This document shows positions 9,187 through 18,663 of a stretch of DNA of 64,000 nucleotides, piece by piece. Position 1 is the first letter of the stretch, and each line of letters starts with the position of its first letter. The stretch is taken from the NCBI GenBank assembly GCA_013215605.1, contig JABSQW010000025.1, forward strand, positions 3,978 through 67,977, in the 5' to 3' direction. The DNA comes from Myxococcales bacterium (lineage in GTDB: Bacteria > Myxococcota_A > UBA9160 > SMWR01). The translations under genes and the position numbers were made by a program. A model generated the notes under the pieces. It saw only the letters and a program-made list of their open reading frames with translations. It had not been told where the DNA came from and did no database searches.

Positions 9187-10101
9187 CTACTGCTTCGGCG
9201 TCCGTGGCGGGTCGAGGCGCGCCAGCATGTAGTCGGGAGTCCCGCGAGCGACCATCGACTCGGCGCGCTCGAGGATCGATGCGTCGTGCAGGTCGGACGG
9301 AGGATGGATCCAGAACTGGTCGGCGCGGATTCCCTCCACGACCTGGTCGGCGATTTCGCTGAGGTCGGCGAAGACGACCGGGCGTCCGGCTGCCTCCATG
9401 GCCTTCTTGTACTTCTCGAGAGCCGAACCGGCCGGCTCCTCGCGTGGGTTCTGCTGCGCGTACTCGGCGGGTCGGTTGCGACCGGAGTTCCAGATGCCGG
9501 TGTTGAGGATCCCGGGCGAGCGGCCGGACGGGAACAGCACGGAAGCACCGACCTTCGAGTCGATCTCGCGCAGCTGGGCCCAGAGGACCTCCGTGATCGT
9601 CACGACCGATGCCTTCGTCGCCGCGTAGATCGCCGTGGAGGGGAGCGGAAAGAAGCCGCCGTTGTGCGACGACGTGTTGATCACGTGAGCCTCGACGTCC
9701 TGCGCCACCAGGACGGGCACGAAGGCGTTGATGCCGTGCACGACGCCCAACACGTTGACGTCGAACGCCCAGCGCCAGTCGTTCATCTCGTGCTCCCACG
9801 CGTGGCCGCCGCCGCCGCCGCCGACGCCGGCGTTGTTGCAGACCACGTGAACGGCGCCGTAGGCGTCGAGCGTCGCGTCGCGCAGCGCCTCGACCGATTC
9901 GAGCTTCGCTACGTCGGTGACGACACCGATCGCATCAATGGACCGCTCGTTGAGCTCCTTGACCGTCGCTTCCAGGACGGTCGCCTCGACGTCCGCGAGG
10001 ACGAGCTTCATCCCCTCCTGCCCGAAGCGCAGGGCGATCTCCCGGCCGATGCCGGCCGCACCCCCGGTAATGACGGCAACTTTCGATTCGAGGTCTTTCA
10101 T
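9187..10101 (-). CDS. Short-chain dehydrogenase/reductase (SDR)
   Basis: Start moved to ATG 10101, which has GGAG just upstream. Motifs VAVITGGAAGIGREIA, NNAGVGGGG and YAATK. Paralogue of 45249-46112. Confidence 0.85.
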   Translation of the reverse strand: MKDLESKVAVITGGAAGIGREIALRFGQEGMKLVLADVEATVLEATVKELNERSIDAIGVVTDVAKLESVEALRDATLDAYGAVHVVCNNAGVGGGGGGHAWEHEMNDWRWAFDVNVLGVVHGINAFVPVLVAQDVEAHVINTSSHNGGFFPLPSTAIYAATKASVVTITEVLWAQLREIDSKVGASVLFPSGRSPGILNTGIWNSGRNRPAEYAQQNPREEPAGSALEKYKKAMEAAGRPVVFADLSEIADQVVEGIRADQFWIHPPSDLHDASILERAESMVARGTPDYMLARLDPPRTPKQ

Positions 10102-10197
10102 CTCCAGAACCCTCCACGGGCGCGCGACGCCTGGCGCACCCATTCGTTCCGTTCGAGGGCACACTTTCACGCGCCCCAGGCGAATGCAAGCTGCTGT

Positions 10198-10959
10198 CTA
10201 TTGCAGGGGTCTCGCCGCGAGCTCCGCCCCACCGGTCACGGGAAGCGTCACGCCGGTGATGTACGACGCGTCGTCCGACGCGAGAAAGGCGACGGCGGTC
10301 GCAATGTCGCGCGGTGCGCCGATTCGGCCGAGCATGAATCGCTCGCACGCCTTCGCGCGCTCGGCATCGGACAGGCCGTCGAAGAGCCCCTGGGTGTCGA
10401 TCGGTCCCGGCGCCACCGCGTTCACTCGCACGCGATCCGGCGCGAGCTCGACCGCGAGGTCCCGCGTGAACGCGACCACACCGGCCTTCGACGATGCGTA
10501 TGCGACGTGCGGAACCGTGAAGCGAAACGCTGCGATCGACGCGATGTTGACGATGCAGCCCCGGGACTCGCGCAGAGCCGGCGTCGCCGCGCGTGACATC
10601 AGGTAGAGCGAGCGGAGGTTCGTGCTGTGCTGGCGGTCCCACTCCTCGGGTGTCGTCTCCTCGACGGTCTTGATGATCCAGACGCCGGCGTTGTTGACGA
10701 GGGTGTCGATGCGCCCGAGCGACGACGTCGCGGTCCCGATCAGCTCGGCCGCATGCGATTCCGTTCCCACGTCGCCCGCCACGGAGACGGCGCGCACGCC
10801 TGTCTTCTCGATCTCGGTGCGGGCCTCTGCGAGGCGCTCGGCGTCGATGTCCGACAGTGCAATGTCGGCGCCTCCCGCCGCGAATGTCCGCGCGATCTCT
10901 CGACCGATCCCCCTTGCGGCGCCCGTCACGACGGCGACGCGCCCGGCGAGATCTCTCAC
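10198..10959 (-). CDS. Short-chain dehydrogenase/reductase (SDR)
   Basis: GTG 10959 overlaps the upstream TGA (GTGA). Motifs VAVVTGAARGIGREIA, NNAGV and YASSKAG. The rest of the 580-aa track ORF is a shadow frame over the next gene. Confidence 0.85.
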   Translation of the reverse strand: MRDLAGRVAVVTGAARGIGREIARTFAAGGADIALSDIDAERLAEARTEIEKTGVRAVSVAGDVGTESHAAELIGTATSSLGRIDTLVNNAGVWIIKTVEETTPEEWDRQHSTNLRSLYLMSRAATPALRESRGCIVNIASIAAFRFTVPHVAYASSKAGVVAFTRDLAVELAPDRVRVNAVAPGPIDTQGLFDGLSDAERAKACERFMLGRIGAPRDIATAVAFLASDDASYITGVTLPVTGGAELAARPLQ

Positions 10960-12095
10960 GCGAACCCCCCGGTTTTGCTGTCGAAGCCGTAGAGGCGCAC
11001 CGCATTGTCGGCGAGGATGAGCGTCTGCTCGGACTCGGGCACTCCGGAGAAGGCGGCCTGAAGGGTGCGCCGCGAGTTCGGCCAGTCGGCGCTGATGTGC
11101 GGGTAATCGGTCGACCAGAGAATCCGCTCGCAGCCAATGCGGTCTCGCAGGGAGATGCCAAGGGGATCGGTGATGAAGGCGAAGTGGAAGTGGCGCTCGA
11201 TGTAGACGCTCGGCGGTGCCGAGAGGCCGAAGTGACTCACGGGCTCGAGGCGCTGGTAGTTGTTGTCCATTTGTTCCTTGACGTACGGCACCCAGCCGCA
11301 GTCGACCTCTGCGAACACGACCTGCAGGCCGGGATGGCGGTCGAACACTCCGTCGAAGATCAGCTGGACCATGCGATTCGGCGCGTCGAAGAGGCGACCC
11401 CATCCCGGGAGCTTGGCCGTGTGGGCGCTCGGCATGCTCTGGGTCAGCGCGACGTGGATGTTGATGGGAACGCCGAGGTCCTGCAGGCGCTCCCACACCG
11501 CGTCGTCCTCGGGTTCGGGTCGGAGTGAGCCGTTCGGGTAGCAGCCCATCATCAAGCCGCGGATTCCGGAACGGCCCTTCATTCGGTCGATTTCCGCCAG
11601 CGCAGTGTCGGCGCCACGATTCGGCAGGATGGCGAGACCCGCGAAGCGCGCGGGCGCGCGCTCGACATACTCGCTGAGCCAGTCGTTGTACGCCCGGATC
11701 ATGGCGACGTGATACTCGCGATCGGGGTTCGCGATGATCGCGTTCGCGAGGCGCGGTGTTGGGTAGAGGACCTCCGCGTCGACACCGTCGCGGTCCATTT
11801 CCAGCAGGCGTGCGAGCGGATCCCATCCGCCTCGGCGGATGTCCTCGAATTTCGCCCAGCCCTTCATCTCCTCGGGCGGGAGGCCCGCGCACGCGTTCAT
11901 CCCGAAGTTGATCGGGTCGCTGACGCCCTCGATGAGCCACGCGTCGCCCTCGTCGAAGCGCTCGACACGAGGAGCGCGGTCGAGCAGGCCCGGCGGCACG
12001 CGCTTCGAAAACAAGTTGGGAGGTTCGTTGACGTGGCTGTCCGCAGAGACGAGGCGGTAGGTGTCAACGCTCGTCTTCGCGGCCGGTTCCGGCAT
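10956..12095 (-). CDS. Amidohydrolase-2 family metal-dependent hydrolase/decarboxylase (ACMSD-like TIM barrel)
   Basis: LVSADSHVNEP near the N-terminus and ILWSTDYPH near the C-terminus are typical of PF04909-type amidohydrolases. Confidence 0.75.
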   Translation of the reverse strand: MPEPAAKTSVDTYRLVSADSHVNEPPNLFSKRVPPGLLDRAPRVERFDEGDAWLIEGVSDPINFGMNACAGLPPEEMKGWAKFEDIRRGGWDPLARLLEMDRDGVDAEVLYPTPRLANAIIANPDREYHVAMIRAYNDWLSEYVERAPARFAGLAILPNRGADTALAEIDRMKGRSGIRGLMMGCYPNGSLRPEPEDDAVWERLQDLGVPINIHVALTQSMPSAHTAKLPGWGRLFDAPNRMVQLIFDGVFDRHPGLQVVFAEVDCGWVPYVKEQMDNNYQRLEPVSHFGLSAPPSVYIERHFHFAFITDPLGISLRDRIGCERILWSTDYPHISADWPNSRRTLQAAFSGVPESEQTLILADNAVRLYGFDSKTGGFA

Positions 12096-12132
12096 GGGGC
12101 CTCCAGTGCGAGGCCATCATACAGTCTGGCGT

Positions 12133-13893
12133 CTACCCGTATAGGGCGTCTGGCAGGTCCGGGCTGTTGCGAAAACGCCGGTGCCCCCAAATCCACTGCT
12201 CCGGATGCGCTCGGATCAGCTCCTCGAGGATGGCGTTGTATTTCGCGGTGGCGCGTTCGATGTCGGCGCGTCGGTCGCCCGAGGGCTCGGGAGCGATCGC
12301 GGGAAGACAGACCGCGCGGTGGTGGCCCTGTGCGGTTCGCACCGTGTAGAAGGGCATCACCGGCGCGCCGCTCCGCAGCGAAAGCGTTGCCGGTCCAGGG
12401 GAGGTCGACGCTCGCACCCCGAAGAACGGTACGAGGATTCCCTTCGAGACCCGTGCGTACTGGTCGTTCACGACGACCACACCGCGCCCGTTCCGCAGAC
12501 CGCGCAAAAGCTCCGATGCGACGCCGCGGTGCCCCACCACCTCGGCCCCGGTGCGGGCGCGATCGGCGAACACGTCGCGCGACACGAGGCGATTGGCGAG
12601 GGGCCGCGCGACTACGGTGAGCGGCACGCCTTCGAGCGCCATGGCGATGAGCGCGAGCTGGAAGTTGCCGAGGTGGGGCGCGAGGACGAGCACACCGCGA
12701 CCGAGTGCCACCGCGGCGTCGAAGTGCTTGCGGCCGACGAGATCGAAGCGCTCGCGCAGCTCGTCGTCGCTCAATCGCGAGGCGCGCGCCACGTCGATTG
12801 CGCTCCACGCGAGGTGTACCCAGCTCTCGCGAGCGATGTGCCGGCGCTCTGCGGCGGTCGTCTCCGGGAGCGCGATGCCGAGGTTCGTCTCGCTCACGCG
12901 CGCGCGGGGTACGCGAAGGTCGAAGAGCCCCCGAGCCCCTGCGGCGCCGAGCCGATACGCGAGCGACTCGGGGAGCGCTCGCAGACTCCCCATTCCCGCC
13001 CGGTAGCCGGAGTGGACGAGACGTTCCACCAGCGAAGCGCGCGTGTCGCCGCCGCTCGGTGGCTCCGTGGGCAGCGTTGCCTCGCGCGTGAGCATCCAGA
13101 GCTTCGCGTACTTGAGAAACACGTAGAACCCGGCGAAAGACGCGAGTAGAAGCCCTCGCCAGCCATCGAGAAACCCGAGCTCGATGACGTAGAAGCGTGC
13201 GAACCGCCAGGCCGGGCGCAGCGTCAGATCGATCGCGTTCGCGCGACGCCCGCGTTCGTGGAGGTCGGCTGCCGACAACGTGGTGTAGCGCTGGATCGTG
13301 GCGATGTGGTCGTCGATGTCCCGGTAGGGATGGTGGAGGATCGACGCTCTCAGCCTGCCCGCCGACGTGTCGAGCTCGACCTTGTCGTGGGGATCGCGTC
13401 CGGCGAAGCGCCCGCGCCGGCGGTCGAAGAGCCGCAGCTGACGATCGGGGTGCCAGCTCCCGTGGCGAATGAAGCGGCCGAGGTACGACGACGACCGCGG
13501 CATCCGCCAGCCGGGGCGCCCGGGAAATCCCGCCTTCCGAAGCTCCTCGATCTCCTGCTGCAGATCGGGAGACACCCGTTCGTCGGCGTCGAGGCAGAGC
13601 ACCCAGTCGTGCGCGGCGGAGGCGACGGCGAAGTTCTTCTGGACGACGTGTCCCGGCCAATCGCGCTCGATGACCCGAGCGCGGCGAGCCGCCGCGATCT
13701 CGCGGGTGCGGTCCGTCGAGTGGGAGTCGACTACGACGATCTCGTCGCAGAACGCGAGGGAGTCGAGGCAGTCGGCGATGCGGTCTTCTTCGTTGTGCGT
13801 GATCACGCACGCCGACAGTCGGGCCGGCTTCGCCGCCGCCAGGTCGGCCGTGGCGGAGCGACTGGCCTCAGCCACCACCATCGAAGGCTGCAT
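12133..13893 (-). CDS. Fusion protein: family 2 glycosyltransferase (LPS-core type) + LpxL/HtrB-type lipid A late acyltransferase
   Basis: The N-terminal half has LSACVITHNEEDRIADCLDSL..VVVDSHSTDRT..LDADE (GT2). A hydrophobic linker (FLDGWRGLLLASFAGFYVFLKYAKLW) follows. The C-terminal half has VLVLAPHLGNFQL (HxGNW/F-type acyltransferase motif). There is no stop between the halves. The start is ATG 13893 or 13881. Confidence 0.75.
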   Translation of the reverse strand: MQPSMVVAEASRSATADLAAAKPARLSACVITHNEEDRIADCLDSLAFCDEIVVVDSHSTDRTREIAAARRARVIERDWPGHVVQKNFAVASAAHDWVLCLDADERVSPDLQQEIEELRKAGFPGRPGWRMPRSSSYLGRFIRHGSWHPDRQLRLFDRRRGRFAGRDPHDKVELDTSAGRLRASILHHPYRDIDDHIATIQRYTTLSAADLHERGRRANAIDLTLRPAWRFARFYVIELGFLDGWRGLLLASFAGFYVFLKYAKLWMLTREATLPTEPPSGGDTRASLVERLVHSGYRAGMGSLRALPESLAYRLGAAGARGLFDLRVPRARVSETNLGIALPETTAAERRHIARESWVHLAWSAIDVARASRLSDDELRERFDLVGRKHFDAAVALGRGVLVLAPHLGNFQLALIAMALEGVPLTVVARPLANRLVSRDVFADRARTGAEVVGHRGVASELLRGLRNGRGVVVVNDQYARVSKGILVPFFGVRASTSPGPATLSLRSGAPVMPFYTVRTAQGHHRAVCLPAIAPEPSGDRRADIERATAKYNAILEELIRAHPEQWIWGHRRFRNSPDLPDALYG

Positions 13894-14350
13894 CCAGGAC
13901 CGGCCAGTCGATGGCCTGCTGCGCCGCGAAGGCGTGCAGCAGGATCTCCCGGTCGGCGTCGTCGTCCTTCGCGCGATACGCGGCGATCGCCTTGGCGAGG
14001 GCGTCGTCCGCCGGCGACGCGGGCTCGTCGTCGGCGAGCGTGCCATCTTCGTGTTCGAGGCCGACCAGGTCGAGCCACTCGGTCAGGAGCTCTCTGCGGC
14101 ACTCGAGGAAGTACACGGCGAGTAGCTCGTCGGCGACCACGTTCGCGGAGAAGCGGGAGAGGGCGCGACGCACGGCGACGGCGCGCTTTTCGAAGGGCTG
14201 CCGCTTGAGGTACACCGGGCGTGTTTTCATCGCTGCACTGGCCGCGGCCACGGCCTGGTCGAACATGGCGGGCATCTTGTCGGCGAGCGTCCGCAGCATG
14301 CGGATCGCATCGTCGGACGACATCGCGGCGAAGACCTGAAACGAGCGCAT
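13868..14350 (-). CDS. Hypothetical protein (160 aa)
   Basis: ATG 14350 is preceded by GGAGAG. High third-position GC. No family recognised. The track's longer N-terminus is Arg/Gly-rich and overlaps ctaA. Confidence 0.5.
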   Translation of the reverse strand: MRSFQVFAAMSSDDAIRMLRTLADKMPAMFDQAVAAASAAMKTRPVYLKRQPFEKRAVAVRRALSRFSANVVADELLAVYFLECRRELLTEWLDLVGLEHEDGTLADDEPASPADDALAKAIAAYRAKDDDADREILLHAFAAQQAIDWPVLDAAFDGGG

Positions 14351-14415
14351 CGACTCTCCACGGAAGCGGTGGCGTTTCGAAGGAAGCCAGCGAGCGCCCG
14401 ACGGGCGCTCCACCG

Positions 14416-15396
14416 CTATGTAGCACCCACCGGGTTCCCGGGCACGGTCGCCGAGCGCCACACCGAACGAACCGTCAGAGAAACGGTCAGCACCAGCGCC
14501 ACGGCGAGAGCCGAGTGGAGAGCCGTCACCTCCACGGGAATCGCGAGCAGGACGTTTGCGATGCCGACGAGCAGTTGGGCCGAGCCGAGGACGAATGTAA
14601 GCAGGGTGACCGCTCGCATCCCGGCGACGCGCCATCCCACGCCGGCGCTCACCAGGAGCACCGCGAGCAGCGCGTAGCCGTTCAATCGGTGGAGCAGGTG
14701 GAGCCCGACGTTGCCCTCGAACGATGGAAACCAGTACCCCCCGTTACAGGTGGGCCACTCGGGGCAGACCATGCCCGCGTAGCGCGACGAAACGAGCCCG
14801 CCGAGCAGGAGCTGAGCGAACAAGAGCAGTGCAGCGACCGTCACCCACACGCGCACCCGTGCCGGCGCGGGCGCGCGATCGATGGGCGGCCCGCCCGCTT
14901 CGCGGAGCGCGCAGGCCGTCCACAGCAGAACCAGCGCGTAGGTATTTCCGATGACGAGGTGCGAGGTGACCGTCCACGAGGCGAGGAGCTGCCAAACCGT
15001 GAGCGCGCCGAGCCCGATCTGAACGACGAGCAGCAGCGCGCCAATCCCCACGAGGCGCGCACTCGCGCGACGCGTGTGGGGGCGGCGCAGGGCCAGCCAC
15101 GCGAGCGCGCCAAAGATCAGGCTGATGCTCCCGGCCACCGCCCGGTGGGTCCACTCGAAGCCCACGCGCACATCGATCTGGGGAATCACTTCGCCGAAGC
15201 ACAGCGGCCAGTCGGGACAAGCGAGGCCGGCCTCGTTCGCCCGCACCAGGGCGCCGAGCACGATCAAACCGAACGTCAGGGAGACGAGCACGAGGAAGCC
15301 GTTTCCGACGCGGAGCGCGTATCGCGCGTCGGAAACGGGGTCGGACGCTGGACTCGGGAAGGCCGTATCGCGACTCGTGGCTGCGTCTTCTAGCAT
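14416..15396 (-). CDS. ctaA: Heme A synthase (COX15/CtaA family)
   Basis: Polytopic membrane protein with two paired-Cys motifs (GLACPDWPLC and GMVCPEWPTC) and conserved His in helices. Start at ATG 15396. Confidence 0.8.
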   Translation of the reverse strand: MLEDAATSRDTAFPSPASDPVSDARYALRVGNGFLVLVSLTFGLIVLGALVRANEAGLACPDWPLCFGEVIPQIDVRVGFEWTHRAVAGSISLIFGALAWLALRRPHTRRASARLVGIGALLLVVQIGLGALTVWQLLASWTVTSHLVIGNTYALVLLWTACALREAGGPPIDRAPAPARVRVWVTVAALLLFAQLLLGGLVSSRYAGMVCPEWPTCNGGYWFPSFEGNVGLHLLHRLNGYALLAVLLVSAGVGWRVAGMRAVTLLTFVLGSAQLLVGIANVLLAIPVEVTALHSALAVALVLTVSLTVRSVWRSATVPGNPVGAT

Positions 15397-15508
15397 GTGC
15401 GTCCTTTCGATCGAGCACGGGCCGGGTGCGCGAGTGTGGGCGCGGTTTCGGGCGTGGATTCTGGGTCTGGGGCCGGGAGGGCCCCCTGACGAAACGTAGG
15501 TAAAGGGC

Positions 15509-16483
15509 ATGACGGCAACAACGCCGGCGGTCGAGGTGCGGGGTCTCGTGAAGCGCTTTGGGGACACGAGGGCGCTCGACGGGCTCGACCTCTGCGTTCC
15601 CGAGGGCGCCTTCTTCGGGCTGCTCGGCCCCAATGGCGCGGGCAAGACCACCGCCGTGAGCGTGCTCAGCACCCTGCTGCGCCCCGACGGCGGAACGGCG
15701 CACCTGCTCGGGCACGACGTCGTCACCGAGAGCGCCGCCGTCCGGCCCCTGGTCGGTCTGGTGTTCCAGGAGGCGACGCTCGATCCAGAGCTGACGCCGC
15801 GCGAGCACCTCGACCTCTATGCGCGCCTCTACCATCTGACCGACCGGCGGGCGCGGGTCGCCGAGATGCTCGCGCTGATCGGTCTCGAGGACGACGCCGA
15901 TCGGGTGACGCGCGGCTTCTCGGGTGGCATGAAGCGACGCCTCGAGATTGGGCGGGGCCTGCTGCATCGACCCCGCGTGCTCTTCCTCGACGAGCCCACG
16001 CTCGGTCTCGACGTGGCGGCGCGCGCCGTGGTCTGGGAGCACCTGCGCCACCTGCGTGAAGCGGCCGGAGCCACCATCTTTCTCACCACGCACTACATGG
16101 AAGAGGCCGACCGGCTGTGCGAGAGCCTCGCCATCGTGAACCGCGGCCGCGTCGTCGCCCAGGGTGCGCCCGAGGAGCTCAAACGCGCCCTCGGTGGGGA
16201 TGTCGTGTGTCTCGACGTCGAGCGACTCGATGGCATCGAGTCCCAGCTGTCGAACGTCGATGGCGTGATCGACGTGGTGCGCGAAGAGGGTGCTGACGGC
16301 TCCTCGGGCTCGGTGCGCGTCACCTTGAACGACGGTCCCCGCCGTCTCGCGGCGCTCCTCGAGGCCGCACGCGCCCACGGCGTGTGCGAGGTGACGCTCC
16401 ACCGGCCGACCCTCGATCACGTGTTCCTGCACCACACGGGTACGCACCTCGACACGGATGCCAGGACGGAGAGCGCCGCGTGA
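15509..16483 (+). CDS. ABC transporter ATP-binding protein (ABC-2/DrrA-like)
   Basis: Walker A GPNGAGKTT, signature FSGGMKRRL and Walker B VLFLDEPT. Confidence 0.9.
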   Translation: MTATTPAVEVRGLVKRFGDTRALDGLDLCVPEGAFFGLLGPNGAGKTTAVSVLSTLLRPDGGTAHLLGHDVVTESAAVRPLVGLVFQEATLDPELTPREHLDLYARLYHLTDRRARVAEMLALIGLEDDADRVTRGFSGGMKRRLEIGRGLLHRPRVLFLDEPTLGLDVAARAVVWEHLRHLREAAGATIFLTTHYMEEADRLCESLAIVNRGRVVAQGAPEELKRALGGDVVCLDVERLDGIESQLSNVDGVIDVVREEGADGSSGSVRVTLNDGPRRLAALLEAARAHGVCEVTLHRPTLDHVFLHHTGTHLDTDARTESAA

Positions 16484-17241
16484 CCACGCTGATTTCGGAC
16501 ACCCTTGCGATCCTCCGACGCGAGGCGATTCGCTATCGCCGCGACCGTGCGTACTGGGTCGGCCAGGTGGTCTTTCCCCTGGCGTTCGTCGGCTTCATGG
16601 GCTTCGGATTGAACGACGTCGTGAAGCTGCCGAGCGGCACCGACTACGCGGGGCATCTCGCGTCGGGATTGCTCGCGTTGCTCGTGGGCTCTGGCGCCGT
16701 CGGCGGGGGGTTTTCGCTGATCGAGGACCGTCAGACGGGCTTCCTGCGCGCGCTTCTGATCGCGCCGGTCGCGAGGGCGAGCATCGTACTCGGGAAGCTC
16801 GTCGCGCGTATTTCGGTGTCGCTCCTGCTCGTCTTGTTGCTGGTGGCCTGCATGAGTACGTTCACCGAGTTGCGCATCGTGAGTCTGCCCGCACTGGTCA
16901 CCGCCATCGCCGGGGTCACCACCGTCTTCGTCGCGATCGGCATCGCGCTCGGATCGCGGCTGCGGCGCCTCGAGTCGTTTCGCACGATCGCCGCGCTCGT
17001 CACGGTGCCGCTGTATCTCTTCTCGGGAATCTTTTACCCCATCGAGACGTTGCCTGCGGGGATGCGAGCGCTCGCGTATGCGAATCCACTCACCTACGGC
17101 GTGGAGCTCATGCGGTTCGGTCTACTGGGCGTCAACGAGATTCCCGTCGCGACCTGCGCGGCCATGATGGGAGGGCTCGGGCTGCTGGCCGCGCTGTTCG
17201 CCGTGTGGATCTTCGACCGCGGGGAGCGAGCGGGGGCGTAG
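16480..17241 (+). CDS. ABC-2 type transporter permease
   Basis: GTG 16480 overlaps the ATPase stop (GTGA). Six hydrophobic segments, typical ABC-2 exporter partner. Confidence 0.8.
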   Translation: MTTLISDTLAILRREAIRYRRDRAYWVGQVVFPLAFVGFMGFGLNDVVKLPSGTDYAGHLASGLLALLVGSGAVGGGFSLIEDRQTGFLRALLIAPVARASIVLGKLVARISVSLLLVLLLVACMSTFTELRIVSLPALVTAIAGVTTVFVAIGIALGSRLRRLESFRTIAALVTVPLYLFSGIFYPIETLPAGMRALAYANPLTYGVELMRFGLLGVNEIPVATCAAMMGGLGLLAALFAVWIFDRGERAGA

Positions 17242-17275
17242 GGGCGCGGCAACCATCAGTTCTCTTCAGATTCGC

Positions 17276-17725
17276 GTGGCATGCGTCGATAACCCGGTAG
17301 TCATGTCTGCCATACCCCTCAACGAACCTCGGAACGACGATCCCCTTCGCATGCGCGAGCTGTTGCAACGCGCGACGGGACTCGCCGAACGCCACGAAAT
17401 GACCTCGATGTTCGTCGGCCTGACAGCGGGCGAGGGCGACCTGCTGTTCCCCGAAGTGATCGACTACCTCGATAGCTGCCTGCGCGTCGACGACGCGATC
17501 TTTCGAATGACTCGCGAGCGTGCCGTGCTGTTCCTGACCGACGTGAATCGAGACGCCGCCGAGGCCATCGTCCGCCGAAACTTCCTCGGCTTCCGCGAGC
17601 GCTTTGCCACGACGTCGGAGCCGTTGATCGAGCTGGGCTTCTATGAAGTCGGACCCCAGGGTGTCGAAGCCGCCGTCAAGGACGTGCTGCCCGCGCTCTT
17701 TGGATCGGTACCCGACACGCACTGA
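17276..17725 (+). CDS. Hypothetical small protein, possibly a degenerate GGDEF-like fold
   Basis: ORF with good codon bias. Start is GTG 17276 or ATG 17303. RVDD-AIFRM-TRERA matches the spacing of RxxD-x5-GGDEF by eye (see findings). Confidence 0.5.
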   Translation: MACVDNPVVMSAIPLNEPRNDDPLRMRELLQRATGLAERHEMTSMFVGLTAGEGDLLFPEVIDYLDSCLRVDDAIFRMTRERAVLFLTDVNRDAAEAIVRRNFLGFRERFATTSEPLIELGFYEVGPQGVEAAVKDVLPALFGSVPDTH

Positions 17726-17745
17726 AGCGCGCGCCGGCTCGCGGC

Positions 17746-18663
17746 TCAGTGCCCGAGTTCGCGCTCGAGTGCACTCTCGATTTCCGGGTGGGCGTACGCG
17801 AAGCCGAGTTTCGCGGCGCGCTCCGGCACGACGCGCTTGCTGTCGAGCAGCTCCCCCGAGAGCGCGCCGAGCACACCTCGGATGGCAAAAGCGGGCACGG
17901 GCAGGAGCGCCGGCCGTCGCAGTACCTCCGCGATCGCCGCGGTCAGCTCGGCGTTGCGCACGGGGTTCGGAGCGACGGCGTTGATCGGGCCCGAATAGCG
18001 GTCGTCGTCGAGCGCTGCGAGGATGAGCGACACGAGGTCGTCGATGTGGATCCACGGCACCCACTGGCGACCGTCGCCGAGGCGACCTCCCACTCCGAAG
18101 CGGAATGGCAGCGCCATCATGGGGAGTGCGCCGCCCTCCCGCGCCAGCACGATGCCGATGCGGAGACTCACGCTCCGAGCCGAGGCGACGGCCCGCACCG
18201 GGGCCTCCCAATCGACGCACAGGTCCGCGAGGAATCCGTTGCCGCGCGTCGCCGTCTCGGCAAGCACTTCCTCGCCCCGCGAGCCGTAGAAGCCGACGGC
18301 CGATGCACACACGAACACGGCGGGGCGCAGAGCGTCCGGAAGCGAGTCGATGGCGCGGGCGAGCTCTCGCGTCGAATCGATCCGGCTGGCGCGCATGCGC
18401 GCCCGCCGCACCGCGGTGGGAAGACCCCCGAAGATCGGCTCCCCCGAGAGGTGCACCACGGCACGCGCGCCCGCGAGCGCTTCGCGCGGCGCAGTCACGC
18501 CGTCCCACACCATCGGGTCGACGCCTGGCGTCTACCCGCCCCCGCCCCTGCGCGACAGCGCGCGAATGCGCTCGCCGCGCTCGCCGAGCGCTGCGACCAG
18601 CCGGCCTCCGACCAGCCCGGTGGCGCCCGACACGAGGATCGGCCGCGCAGCGTCGGCGCTCAC
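17746..18663 (-). pseudogene. YfcH/TIGR01777-type NAD-dependent epimerase-fold gene interrupted by an in-frame TAG
   Basis: GTG 18663 (GTGA overlap with the upstream stop) encodes [29 protein letters not shown].., then TAG at 18532-18534. The same frame continues into the 255-aa ORF 17746-18513 (..HLSGEPI..GFYGSRG..RQWVPWIHIDD..). Confidence 0.65.
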
